NCBI GenBank assembly: GCA_965248265.1
Contig: CBDFJF010000001.1
Coordinates: forward strand, 1,120,001 to 1,184,000
DNA: 64,000 bases
Direction of reading: 5' to 3'
Source of the DNA: Candidatus Latescibacterota bacterium
GTDB taxonomy: Bacteria > Latescibacterota > UBA2968 > UBA8231
The translations under genes and the position numbers were made by a program. A model generated the notes under the pieces. The model saw only the letters and a list, made by a program, of their open reading frames with translations. It had not been told where the DNA came from and did no database searches. This document shows positions 28,506 through 37,857 of this stretch, one piece after another. The first letter of the stretch is position 1, and every line of letters starts with the position of its first letter.

Positions 28506-29462
28506 ATGCGACAAATCTCCTACATGCAGGCCGGCATGGAAGCCCTCGTGGAAGAGCTGCGGCGCGATTCCATGGCCTTTCACATGGCCACGGATGCGCC
28601 ACCTGCCCTCGTCGAGGAGTTCGGCTCACAGCGCGTGCGCGCCACACCGATCGCCGAGGGCACCTTCACCGGCATCGCGCTCGGAGCAGCCGCTTCCGGC
28701 TATCGCCCGATCGTCAACTGGAGCATGGTGACGTTCTCGTTCGTCGCCATGGACCAGATTGTCAATCAGGCATCCAAGATCCGCTACATGTTCGGCGGCC
28801 AGGGGAAATTTCCCATCACCTTCCGTACTTCAGTAGGAGGTGGCACCAACCTCGCGGCCCAGCACTCCCAGAGTCCCTATTCCATGTTCATGAACGTCGC
28901 CGGGCTCAAGATGGTCCTGCCGGCGACACCCTACGACATGAAGGGGTTGCTCAAATCCGCCATGCGGGATGACAATCCCGTCATATCCTTCGAATCCTCG
29001 CGGCTGATGCAGGTGACCAGCGGTGTGCCGGATGGCGACTACACCGTGGCGCTGGGGGAAGCCGACGTCAAGCGCGAAGGCAGCGACGTCACCATCGTGG
29101 CGCTGGCGTGGCTCGTCCACGAGGCCCTTGAGGCAGCCCAGGTGCTGGCCCGGGAAGGGATCTCGGCCGAAGTCGTCGACCCGCGCACGCTCGTACCCAT
29201 GGATGCTGCCACCATACGCCAATCCGTTCAGAAGACGGGCAGGCTGGTCATTGCCGATGAAGCCGGACCCACGGCTGGCGCCTCGGCAGAGATCGCCGCT
29301 CTGGTTACGGAAGATCCTGAGACTTTTGCTCGCATGACAGCACCGGTGAAGCGCGTCTGCGCGCTTCAGGTACCGATTCCCTACAGCCCCGTGCTCGAGG
29401 ACCATGTCTTTCCAGATCGCCAGCACATCGTCGCTGCCGTTCGCGACCTCGTCGATCCGTAA
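28506..29462 (+). CDS. ThDP-dependent dehydrogenase E1 beta subunit (AcoB/PdhB-like)
   Basis: TPIAE, AMDQIVNQA.K.RYM.GG, AAQHSQ, P.D.KGLL, EVVDPRTLVP, KTGRL. Confidence 0.9.
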   Translation: MRQISYMQAGMEALVEELRRDSMAFHMATDAPPALVEEFGSQRVRATPIAEGTFTGIALGAAASGYRPIVNWSMVTFSFVAMDQIVNQASKIRYMFGGQGKFPITFRTSVGGGTNLAAQHSQSPYSMFMNVAGLKMVLPATPYDMKGLLKSAMRDDNPVISFESSRLMQVTSGVPDGDYTVALGEADVKREGSDVTIVALAWLVHEALEAAQVLAREGISAEVVDPRTLVPMDAATIRQSVQKTGRLVIADEAGPTAGASAEIAALVTEDPETFARMTAPVKRVCALQVPIPYSPVLEDHVFPDRQHIVAAVRDLVDP

Positions 29463-29498
29463 CTCAATCGATCCGTAACCACGAGAGATTTCATTCCA

Positions 29499-30320
29499 AT
29501 GTCCCATCCACTGTTCGACCTGAGCGGCCGCGTCGCCCTGGTATCGGGTGCGGCCAGCGGCATGGGCAAAGCCATGTCCCTGGCCTTCGCCGAGGCCGGC
29601 GCCGACCTGATGCTGGCCGATATCAACGAAGCCGGCATGGACCAGACAGCCGGTGAGATCGAGCAACTCGGCCGCCGGGCCGTGCCGGTGGTGTGCAATG
29701 TCTCTGACTCGACCCAGATCGGCGCGATGTTCGAACGCCTGGATAGCGAGTTCGGACGCATCGACGTGCTCGGCAATGTCGCCGGCGAGGGTGTCATGCG
29801 GCCCCCGTTGGAACTGAGCGAAGCCGAGCTCGCGCGCGCCTTTCAGAACCTGGTGGTCGGACGCCTGATCTGTTGTCAGCAGGCCGGGAAGCGCATGCTG
29901 GCCGCTGGCCGCGGCAGCATCATCAACATCGTCTCCATCGCCGGTCTCACCGGCCTCGGCCGCAACCATCTGGCCTACAGCATCGCCATGGGGGGCGTCG
30001 CCCAGATGACGCGCGAGTTGAGCACGGAGTGGAGCTCAAAGGGAGTGCGCGTCAACGCCGTGGTCTGCGCCCAGATCACCAATCAGAATTTGCAGGAGCG
30101 CATCGCCGCCGACCCGAAACTGGGTGAAACCTACCTGCGCGGCATCCCTATCGGTCGCATGGGTAAATCGGATGACATCAAGGGATTGGCGATATTCCTG
30201 GCATCCGACGCTTCATCCTGGATCACGGGTGCCATGATGCCGTTGGACGGTGGCAACCTGGCCAAGAACGCGGGCGGATCGCACCCTGGGATGCCGAACG
30301 CGCCCGACGAGCAGACCTAA
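29499..30320 (+). CDS. Short-chain dehydrogenase/reductase with atypical active site
   Basis: SGAASGMG, NVAG, SIINIVS, YSIAM in place of YxxxK, GVRVN, LASDASSWITG. Confidence 0.85.
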   Translation: MSHPLFDLSGRVALVSGAASGMGKAMSLAFAEAGADLMLADINEAGMDQTAGEIEQLGRRAVPVVCNVSDSTQIGAMFERLDSEFGRIDVLGNVAGEGVMRPPLELSEAELARAFQNLVVGRLICCQQAGKRMLAAGRGSIINIVSIAGLTGLGRNHLAYSIAMGGVAQMTRELSTEWSSKGVRVNAVVCAQITNQNLQERIAADPKLGETYLRGIPIGRMGKSDDIKGLAIFLASDASSWITGAMMPLDGGNLAKNAGGSHPGMPNAPDEQT

Positions 30321-31249
30321 TCCAGCTCGGAGATTATTCGTTTCAGGTTGGCACAGTTCGTCTGCATGGCCTCTACGTGAGAGCCACTGGGCGGCACGAA
30401 GTGCGTGGCCACGGATACGACGACATCACATTCGTTGTCCCGAAGATTCCGTAGAAGAGTCGGGTAGTCGACGTCCCCCTCCCCGATCGGCATGTAGTCG
30501 AACTTCAGCTTCGGACCATCGACGGTGTGCAGGTCCTTAGCGTGCACGGCATGCAGGTGGGGACGGATATTGGTGAAACCAGCAGTGGCGACGTCGGTCT
30601 CACCGCAGTTGAAGTTGTCCGCCGGGCACCAGATCGCCTTCAGTCGCGGCGATCCGACGGCGTCGAAGATACGGCAAAGATTGCTGGTCGTGTTCGTATA
30701 GTTCCACTGCATCATCAAGAAAGCGATGTCCACACTGTAAATCTCAGCCTGCTCGGCCAGCATGGAGAATGCCTCCACCAGCTTCTCCATATCGACGTCG
30801 GCGATGATGCCGCCACGCGTCGCCCAGCGCATCGGCCAGGTCGGCTTGCCAGCCGTGTATTCGGCTGGCCAGGCGAAGCTGGAGCTGGAGACCGCCCCTA
30901 CCCCGAGCCGTGATGCCACTCCCATCGACTTAGTCAGCTGGTCGAAGTGCTCCTTGAACAGGGCGTGTTCCAGCATCTTGCCGCGCTCGAGTTCTGCGAG
31001 ATGCACTTGCTTGAACAGGGCGCCGCTGTCCAGAAAGAGCAGCCGCAGACCGTGTGAATCCACCAGCCTGGCAACCTCGTCAATCTGCGCGTCCGGCAAC
31101 TCCGAGATCCTGCGCCCGTCATCATAGGTGCCGCACCACACGTAGCTCACCTCCAGGTCGCGAGCCAGCTCCAGCGACTCTTTGAACGGCAACCGTGTTT
31201 CACTGACGTATATCCCCAGCTTGAATTCGTAGCTCGACGAAGCACTCAT
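30317..31249 (-). CDS. Sugar phosphate isomerase/epimerase (AP-endonuclease-2 TIM barrel) family
   Basis: VHAKD, IGEGDVDY, ATHF motifs of xylose-isomerase-like barrels; start at MSASSSYEFKLG. Confidence 0.75.
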   Translation of the reverse strand: MSASSSYEFKLGIYVSETRLPFKESLELARDLEVSYVWCGTYDDGRRISELPDAQIDEVARLVDSHGLRLLFLDSGALFKQVHLAELERGKMLEHALFKEHFDQLTKSMGVASRLGVGAVSSSSFAWPAEYTAGKPTWPMRWATRGGIIADVDMEKLVEAFSMLAEQAEIYSVDIAFLMMQWNYTNTTSNLCRIFDAVGSPRLKAIWCPADNFNCGETDVATAGFTNIRPHLHAVHAKDLHTVDGPKLKFDYMPIGEGDVDYPTLLRNLRDNECDVVVSVATHFVPPSGSHVEAMQTNCANLKRIISELD

Positions 31250-31280
31250 GCGCTCATTGTCCTTTCGTGTTGGGCACGGT

Positions 31281-32798
31281 TCACTTTCTGGATTCCATCC
31301 TGCAAATGGCCAGACTGACGAGGGCTCCGATGGCCAGGTTGACCAGCAGGGCACTCGGGCTGATCCACATAAAACTGATCGGATCTTCACCGGTCTCCGG
31401 GTTCATGCCGAAGATGAGTCCGGAGAACGCGATCAGCACCGCAGTGGTGATGCCGCAGATCGTCCCCACCACGACTCCCACGGGGCGCGCGAAAGGCACG
31501 AACAGGGCGAAGAAAAACAGGCCGAAAATTGGCGTAACCAGCAAATTCGTCGTCTTCGCCGTCACCGCGGTGATGTTCCCGGGCACATGCTCCATGAACG
31601 AGCTCCCGAACACGACGATGGTACCGATGCCGAACGCCAGCCAGCGCGCCACGCGCACGTGCTCCTTTTCCGTCAACGGCTGCCGGCCGAAGCGGTCGAG
31701 AAAATCACTCGTCACCACGGCACAGATGGAGTTGACGCCCGAGTCGACACTGGACATGGCCGCCGCGAACATCGCCGCCACCACCAGACCCGATACCCCG
31801 GCAGGCAGGTGGAAGGAGATAAAATGGGGAAAAATCTTGTCCGCGTTGGTCGCAATGCCGATGCCCTGCGGCAGCACATCACCGTGAACCTTGAAGTAAC
31901 CAAGCAGGGCGAATCCAACGACCGACAGCGCCGTGCCGATCACGGCCCCGACCAACAGCTGGGTGCGCAGAGCACGACGGGCCGCCGCCGCGTCGGAGGT
32001 GGCCATGAAGCGCTGCACCACCGTCTGGTCGCCACCACAAGTACAGATGTACCAGATCACTGAATAGAGAATCAGGCCGATCACGGAAATGCGCACGCCC
32101 GGATCGAAGCTGAACAGCGGCTGGTGGTCCCAGTTGTCCTGCCAGGTCGTGGGAAACCAGCTGAAGCCGCCCTGATCGACACTGACCATGAGGATGACGA
32201 GCAGAGCCCCCCCGAGCATGAGGATGGTCTGCACGAAGTCCGTGATGACGACCGCCCGCAATCCACCCAGTGAGGTGTAGACGACGGCGACAAAACCGGT
32301 GGCGAAGACGATCAGAGGAATCCACTCATCGCCTACCCCGAGGATGACCGCCATGGCCTCGCCCGACAAATAGATGAGAAGCGACATCCACACTAAGCGT
32401 AGGACTATGAACTGCGTCGCGCCCAGCAGCCTGATGCCGACGCCGAGGCGCTCCTCCAGCAGCTCGTAGGTGCTGGTGACGTGCCGGCGCATGTACAGCG
32501 GGATGAGGCCGTAACCGACGACGAGGTAGATGATGGGAATGGCCAGCATCGTCAGCATCCCCGTCGGCCCCTTGGCGATCGCCTCCCCGGGTCCCGAGAG
32601 GTAGGAAATCGTGCTCAGCAGGGTCGCGAATAGCGAAAACCCGATCAACGTCGAGTTCATGTGACCGCTGCCGGTGAAATACTCGTCCGTGCTCTGCTGC
32701 CGACGACTGTAGTAGTAGCCGAGGCCCAGCGTCCCCGATGCGTAGCAGGCGATGATCACCCAGTCGACGAAGGCCAACCCGTTTTGTGAGCTTTCCAT
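31281..32798 (-). CDS. Sodium:solute symporter (SSS, SiaT/NanT-like)
   Basis: SLFATLLSTISYL..PG, YELLEERLG, GGLRAVVITD, DQ.VVQR, AAAMSS.DSG.NS. Confidence 0.92.
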   Translation of the reverse strand: MESSQNGLAFVDWVIIACYASGTLGLGYYYSRRQQSTDEYFTGSGHMNSTLIGFSLFATLLSTISYLSGPGEAIAKGPTGMLTMLAIPIIYLVVGYGLIPLYMRRHVTSTYELLEERLGVGIRLLGATQFIVLRLVWMSLLIYLSGEAMAVILGVGDEWIPLIVFATGFVAVVYTSLGGLRAVVITDFVQTILMLGGALLVILMVSVDQGGFSWFPTTWQDNWDHQPLFSFDPGVRISVIGLILYSVIWYICTCGGDQTVVQRFMATSDAAAARRALRTQLLVGAVIGTALSVVGFALLGYFKVHGDVLPQGIGIATNADKIFPHFISFHLPAGVSGLVVAAMFAAAMSSVDSGVNSICAVVTSDFLDRFGRQPLTEKEHVRVARWLAFGIGTIVVFGSSFMEHVPGNITAVTAKTTNLLVTPIFGLFFFALFVPFARPVGVVVGTICGITTAVLIAFSGLIFGMNPETGEDPISFMWISPSALLVNLAIGALVSLAICRMESRK

Positions 32799-32862
32799 TG
32801 GCTCTTTCGGCCGTGCGTCTGGTATAGTTAGGTTTCGGCTACCAAAATGGAGGGCCGAATCG

Positions 32863-33405
32863 ATGACTGAGCTGGAAACTAAGCATCTGAACACGGATCA
32901 ACTAAATTCAGGACTGGAAGACGTATTGAACTCCCCTACTGATGCCGGACGGCTGGAAGCCATCTACGTGCGAGTCGCGGAGGGCGAGCGCCAGACTCCG
33001 CAGCAGGTGCGACTGACGAAACCGGGCGGGGTCCAGGGAGACCGCTGGAAGGCAACGGGCGGCAGCGCCGAAACCCAGGTGACGCTCATGAATGCTCGCG
33101 TCCTGGATCTGGTGGCCGCGGGCAACCGCGAGCGCTGGGGCCTGGCAGGCGATCAGCTGATCGTCGACCTCGACCTGAGCCAGCCGAACACACCGCCCGG
33201 TCAGCGCCTGCAGATCGATGACGTCATCCTCGAGATCAGCGAGGTGCCACACACCGGTTGTCGCAAGTTTACGGCACGCTTCGGCACCGACGCCTCCCGC
33301 TTCATCAACGCCCCGGAGTCCGCCAACCTGAACTTGAGGGGACTCAACGCGCGGGTCATTCAATCGGGCACCGTGAACGTGGGCAGCGAAGTACGTAAGG
33401 TCTGA
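32863..33405 (+). CDS. MOSC domain protein
   Basis: GVQGDRW, AGDQLIVD, PHTGCRKF..RFG, RGLNARV...G.V.VG. Confidence 0.88.
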   Translation: MTELETKHLNTDQLNSGLEDVLNSPTDAGRLEAIYVRVAEGERQTPQQVRLTKPGGVQGDRWKATGGSAETQVTLMNARVLDLVAAGNRERWGLAGDQLIVDLDLSQPNTPPGQRLQIDDVILEISEVPHTGCRKFTARFGTDASRFINAPESANLNLRGLNARVIQSGTVNVGSEVRKV

Positions 33406-33484
33406 GCCGAACAGAGGGCGTTTCTACCGGTGACTCCCCTCGACGCCGGGAAAAATCCTTCAGCGCATCCCCGACCTGAGAGGG

Positions 33485-33500
33485 TGGTATGGGCCTTGCA
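33485..33500 (+). promoter_or_regulatory. Sigma-54 promoter candidate
   Basis: TGGTATGGGCCTTGCA with GG-N10-GC spacing, upstream of the Spy/CpxP-like gene. Confidence 0.55.
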
Positions 33501-33676
33501 ATACCTTGGTAATCGCATAGTCGCCCCGTATATTGCAAGGAGCAGATCCAGAAGCAAGTCAAAGCGACGAACTCCCGGCTCGATTCTCATTTCCGCTGGA
33601 CCATGATGGCCATGATCAGCATAGCCGGTCTTCTGTCCGCGATGATCAGGCTGTAATGAAACCACTGGAGCACCCC

Positions 33677-34396
33677 ATGAAATGCGCCCAAACTCTTGCC
33701 ACGATAGTCGTCGGATGCTGCCTTACTGTTGCTGCCGCCGGCGCCGAAATGAACTGGCCCCGGATCGCGCAGGCCATAGAGTTGAACCGCGAACAGGTGC
33801 ATCAGCTCAAGGACGCTGAATCCCGAATGCTGGGCGGCCTTCAGCGCATAGAAACAGCGTTTCAGGCACATGACATAGATCGCCGACGTGCCGGCGAACT
33901 GGTCCGACGTGTCCGCGCAGACTTCGAGCACGCATGGCAGGAGATCGTGACCGATGAGCAGCAGGAGCGCTGGCGACGATTACAGCAGTCCGTAGATAGG
34001 GATACCAGGCCACGGACCGATATTCCTTTGTGGCGCCGTATCGCCACGGTCGTCGACCTGACGCGAGATCAAATTCGCGAGCTCGAAGCAGCCGAATCGG
34101 CATTTCACCAGCGGGTGCATCGGATTGAGAAGGCCGCCAGAGACGGCGGACTGACTCGTCGGGAGGCACACGACCACCTGGTGACTACCCGCAGCCAGTT
34201 GAACCAGGCGATAGTGGAGATCCTCAACGCGCGGCAGCTCCACCGTATCCGTGAATCGCAGGTCTACGACGGAAATATCGGAGACGACGAGGTCGTCGCC
34301 ACGATGCTGCTGACCCTGGATGCTGATCCAGGGGACCAAACAGCGGTATCGGAGCTCAGTTGGGGCCAGGTCAAAGGCGAATTGGTCAGAGATTAG
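33677..34396 (+). CDS. Secreted protein with two tandem Spy/CpxP-like (LTxxQ) repeats and C-terminal WGxxK motif
   Basis: GGAG RBS, signal peptide; repeats W.RIA...EL.REQ..IVTDEQ and W.RIA..DLTRDQ..ILNARQ; tail TAVSELSWGQVK. Confidence 0.65.
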   Translation: MKCAQTLATIVVGCCLTVAAAGAEMNWPRIAQAIELNREQVHQLKDAESRMLGGLQRIETAFQAHDIDRRRAGELVRRVRADFEHAWQEIVTDEQQERWRRLQQSVDRDTRPRTDIPLWRRIATVVDLTRDQIRELEAAESAFHQRVHRIEKAARDGGLTRREAHDHLVTTRSQLNQAIVEILNARQLHRIRESQVYDGNIGDDEVVATMLLTLDADPGDQTAVSELSWGQVKGELVRD

Positions 34397-34490
34397 CAAG
34401 ATTTTCGGCCTGCGTTAGAGCCCGCCAATGGTCGAGGTTTGTTCCCCTTTCTGTTCCCGCGTCTGAATCCCGATCTGGAGTGGCACCCAT

Positions 34491-36287
34491 TTGAAAAGAC
34501 ATGATGTTCCCGAAGATCGAACGTGGGACCTGGCGAGTGTGTTCGCCGACACACAGTTGTGGGAAGCAGAACGCCTGGCTGTCACCGATGAATTGCCGGC
34601 CTTGTCTGCCTTCGCGGGCAGACTGGGCGAATCGCCCGAGGTTCTGGCTGATTTCATGGCACTGGACGAAGCCGTGTCCAAACGGGGTGCCAGGGTCGTC
34701 ACCTACGCCCAGATGGAAACGATCGCCGATACCGGTGACGCCGAAGCTCAAGCCAGGAAGGGACAGGCGATCGCGTTGGTGAGTCAGCACGCTGCGGCGA
34801 CAGCCTTTGCCGAACCGGAATTGCAGGCTCTGGGGGACACCTTGTTTACTTGGGCGGATCAGGAGCCGCGCCTGGCGCACTACAGACATTATTTTGACGA
34901 CTTGATGCGTCAGAGGCGACACTTGCGCTCTTCCGAAGTCGAAGAGGTTCTCGGTCTGCTGATCGATCCCTTTTCAGGCCCTCAATCCACGGCCAGTGCT
35001 CTCACCGACTCGGATCTTTCATTTACCGATGCCACCGACAGCTCCGGCCAGTCGGTCCGCGTCGGCCAGACTACAATACCGCCAACAGGCATCCAGAGCC
35101 GCGATCGCGAGCATCGCCGCACAGCCTGGGAGAGTTTCTGCGACGGCCATCTGAGCGTGAAGGATACGCTGGCCAGCAACTACCTGACCCGCGTCAAGCA
35201 GGAGATCTTCACAATGCGGGTACGATCGTATGACTCGGTTCTTCACAATCGACTATCACCGGGCAACGCACCGCCGCAGGTCTTCCACAACCTGATCGAC
35301 ACCTTTAAATCGAACCTGTCGATTTGGCATCGCTACTGGGACGTTCGGAGACGGCTGCTGGGAGTGGACACGCTTCGACCTTACGATCAATGGGCACCGT
35401 TGCAGGACGACGAACCAACGGTGCCGTACGAACAGGCCGTCGAATGGTGCTGCGCCTCCATGGAACCGCTGGGAGAGGAGTATGTCGAGCCACTGCGACG
35501 CGGCTGTGGCGTTGAGCGCTGGGTCGACTACGAACCGAATATCGGTAAGCGACAGGGCGCGGCCTCTGTTGGTGGCTATCTCGCCAGCACGCGTAACTTT
35601 CTCTACCTGTCCTACGACGGTACCCTGCAGTCGGTCAGCGTCCTCGCGCACGAGCTTGGTCACTCAATGCACGGCTATCTCGTCAATGAGGCGCAACCGG
35701 CGATCTATGCCAACATGGGCATGTCTATGGTGGCCGAGACCGCATCCAACTTCAACCAGGCCCTGTTGCGAGCCTACCTCCTGCACGCTCGAGCCGGAGA
35801 CGAGACATTCCAGCTGGCTCTGCTCGACGAGGCGATGTTCAATTTTCATCGCTACTTCTTCATCATGCCGACCCTCGCCCGCTTCGAGTGGGGAGTGTTC
35901 GATCGGGCGGAGCAGGGCAAGCCACTCAATATCGATGTCCTCAGCGGACTGGCGGGAGACCTTTTTGCTGAAGGCTATGGCTCCACCCTCGAAGCTGACC
36001 CGGAACGTACCGCCATAACCTGGGCTCAGTTTCAGCACCTGTTCATCCCGTTCTACACATTCCAGTACGCCATCGGCATCAGTGCCGCCCATGCGATGGC
36101 TCAAGGTGTGTTGGATGGTGATGATGAGGCGCGTCAGCGCTATCTGCGATTCCTCCGGTCGGGTGACTCTGAGTATCCTCTCGATACATTCAGCATCGGC
36201 GGGGTCGACATGACCACCCCCGAACCCATAGAGAAGGCCTTCGGCGTTCTCGACGACATCGTCAGCCGGCTCGAAGCGCTCATATGA
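34491..36287 (+). CDS. pepF: Oligoendopeptidase F (M3B)
   Basis: R.DVP...TWDL, WVD.....GKR.GA, LAHELGHSMH, VAETAS..N, FYTFQYA.G, GVDMT. Confidence 0.92.
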   Translation: MKRHDVPEDRTWDLASVFADTQLWEAERLAVTDELPALSAFAGRLGESPEVLADFMALDEAVSKRGARVVTYAQMETIADTGDAEAQARKGQAIALVSQHAAATAFAEPELQALGDTLFTWADQEPRLAHYRHYFDDLMRQRRHLRSSEVEEVLGLLIDPFSGPQSTASALTDSDLSFTDATDSSGQSVRVGQTTIPPTGIQSRDREHRRTAWESFCDGHLSVKDTLASNYLTRVKQEIFTMRVRSYDSVLHNRLSPGNAPPQVFHNLIDTFKSNLSIWHRYWDVRRRLLGVDTLRPYDQWAPLQDDEPTVPYEQAVEWCCASMEPLGEEYVEPLRRGCGVERWVDYEPNIGKRQGAASVGGYLASTRNFLYLSYDGTLQSVSVLAHELGHSMHGYLVNEAQPAIYANMGMSMVAETASNFNQALLRAYLLHARAGDETFQLALLDEAMFNFHRYFFIMPTLARFEWGVFDRAEQGKPLNIDVLSGLAGDLFAEGYGSTLEADPERTAITWAQFQHLFIPFYTFQYAIGISAAHAMAQGVLDGDDEARQRYLRFLRSGDSEYPLDTFSIGGVDMTTPEPIEKAFGVLDDIVSRLEALI

Positions 36288-37378
36288 ACATCAGCACCTT
36301 CGAATCCCTCGGGGTTCGGCCCCTCATCAACTGCCGCGGCACCTACACCACCATAAGCGCTTCGCTGCTGCTGCCCGAAGTCCGACGAGCCATGACGGAG
36401 GCATCAACGAAGTACGTACAATTGACGGAGCTCCAGGAGAAAGTCGGCGGGCGTCTGGGGGAAGTCATGCAGTGCGAGTTCGGCCTAGTAACGAACGGCT
36501 GCGCCGCCGCCATCTGTCAGATTACCTGCGCCTGTATGGCCGGCGATGATCCGGAAAGGATCCTGCAGATTCCCGACACGACTGGTATGAAAAACGAAGT
36601 GGTGTTGCAGAAGAGCCACCAGCACGGCTACAACAACGCCGTGCGCATGACCGGCGCCCGCATGATGGAAGTGGAGACGCTGGCAGAAATGGAAGCGGCA
36701 ATCGGACCCAACACGGCGATGCTGTCCGTGTTTGGCGATGCCGCGGATCGCGGTGAAGTATCAGTGGCTCAAATGGTAGGGATCGGCAGACGTGAAGGCA
36801 TCCCCGTTTTCGTCGATGCCGCGGCCGAACGCCCGGACGTACCCAATCGCTACCTCGCCGACGGCGTCGATGCCGTCGCCTACAGCGGGGGCAAATGCCT
36901 GCGTGGACCGCAGTCGTCGGGCCTGCTCCTGGGCCGGCGCGATCTGTTGTGGAAGGCCTTCCTCAACGGCTCGCCACATCACGGAATCGGCCGCCCGTTG
37001 AAAGCCAGCAGGGAAGAGGTGATGGGCCTGCTCGCTGCGGTGGAGATGTGGGTACGGCGCAATCACGACGCAGAGTGGAAAACCTGGGAGCAGTGGTTGG
37101 ATATCATCTGGAACACCGTTCAACACATTCCAACGACTACCCGCGACATGCGGATGCCGGGGCGTTCGAACGTGGCGCCGGTTCTGCAGATCGGCTGGGA
37201 TGCCGATGCCGTGGGCTTGACTCCTGATGCGGTACGCCAGGAGTTGAATGACGGAGAACCGCGCATCGAGGTCGCCACCCACTCCACCGGCGTCGAGTTC
37301 ATGCCCTTCATGATGGAAGAAGGCGAAGCCGCCATCGTTGCCGGCAGGTTGCTGCAGATTCTCGACCGCAGTAGTTAA
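36284..37378 (+). CDS. SelA-like / DgaE-family PLP-dependent enzyme
   Basis: LGVRPLIN..GT.T, VDAAAE, YSGGK.L.GPQSSG, IGRP.K..REE. Confidence 0.8.
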   Translation: MNISTFESLGVRPLINCRGTYTTISASLLLPEVRRAMTEASTKYVQLTELQEKVGGRLGEVMQCEFGLVTNGCAAAICQITCACMAGDDPERILQIPDTTGMKNEVVLQKSHQHGYNNAVRMTGARMMEVETLAEMEAAIGPNTAMLSVFGDAADRGEVSVAQMVGIGRREGIPVFVDAAAERPDVPNRYLADGVDAVAYSGGKCLRGPQSSGLLLGRRDLLWKAFLNGSPHHGIGRPLKASREEVMGLLAAVEMWVRRNHDAEWKTWEQWLDIIWNTVQHIPTTTRDMRMPGRSNVAPVLQIGWDADAVGLTPDAVRQELNDGEPRIEVATHSTGVEFMPFMMEEGEAAIVAGRLLQILDRSS

Positions 37379-37471
37379 GCGGTGAGGGAGCGCCAGACCC
37401 TTGGATACAGACTCCGCAACACGCGTTCGCTTTCCTCCCACCGTCCGGCTTCAGCGTTGGCACACTGACCC

Positions 37472-37857
37472 ATGACGATACTCGAACTGCAGTCGCGGAT
37501 GGAGTCCAGCGCTGCAACAGCGCGAGCGCTCACCGAGTTCTACCTGGAACGCATCGCCGAGATCGACAAGCAGCGACCTGCCCTGAACGCGGTGATCGAG
37601 CTCAACCCCGCCAGCCTGACCGACTGGGTAAACGGCGACACGCATCCGCTGATCAGCTCGACGCCCGCCGCTGTGGCCGGCTGTCCCAACATCACTGTGC
37701 CGGCCGGCTACATCCATGGCCTCCCCGTTGGCATCTCCTTCTTCAGCTCGGCCTACCAGGAACCAACGCTGTCCGCATTGCCTATGCCTTCGAGCAGGCC
37801 ACCCAGGTTCGCCGTCCACCGCAGTTTCTGCCGACCGCCCCACTGAAACGCCAATGA
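37472..37857 (+). pseudogene. Amidase-signature family remnant: N- and C-termini joined, catalytic core deleted, plus frameshift
   Basis: N-term TILELQ..M......LT..YL.RI..ID....LNAVIELNP abuts C-term TD.VNGD..SSTPAAVAG.P.ITVPAG...GLPVGISF....Y.EP.L; shifted tail IAYAFEQAT..R.PP.F ends in an ATGA overlap with the next gene. Confidence 0.8.

Noticed and set aside
36284-37378. Calling this selA
   Set aside because: Short (364 aa), lacks the SelA N-terminal tRNA-binding region, and no selB/selC/selD nearby; fits the SelA-like/DgaE group.
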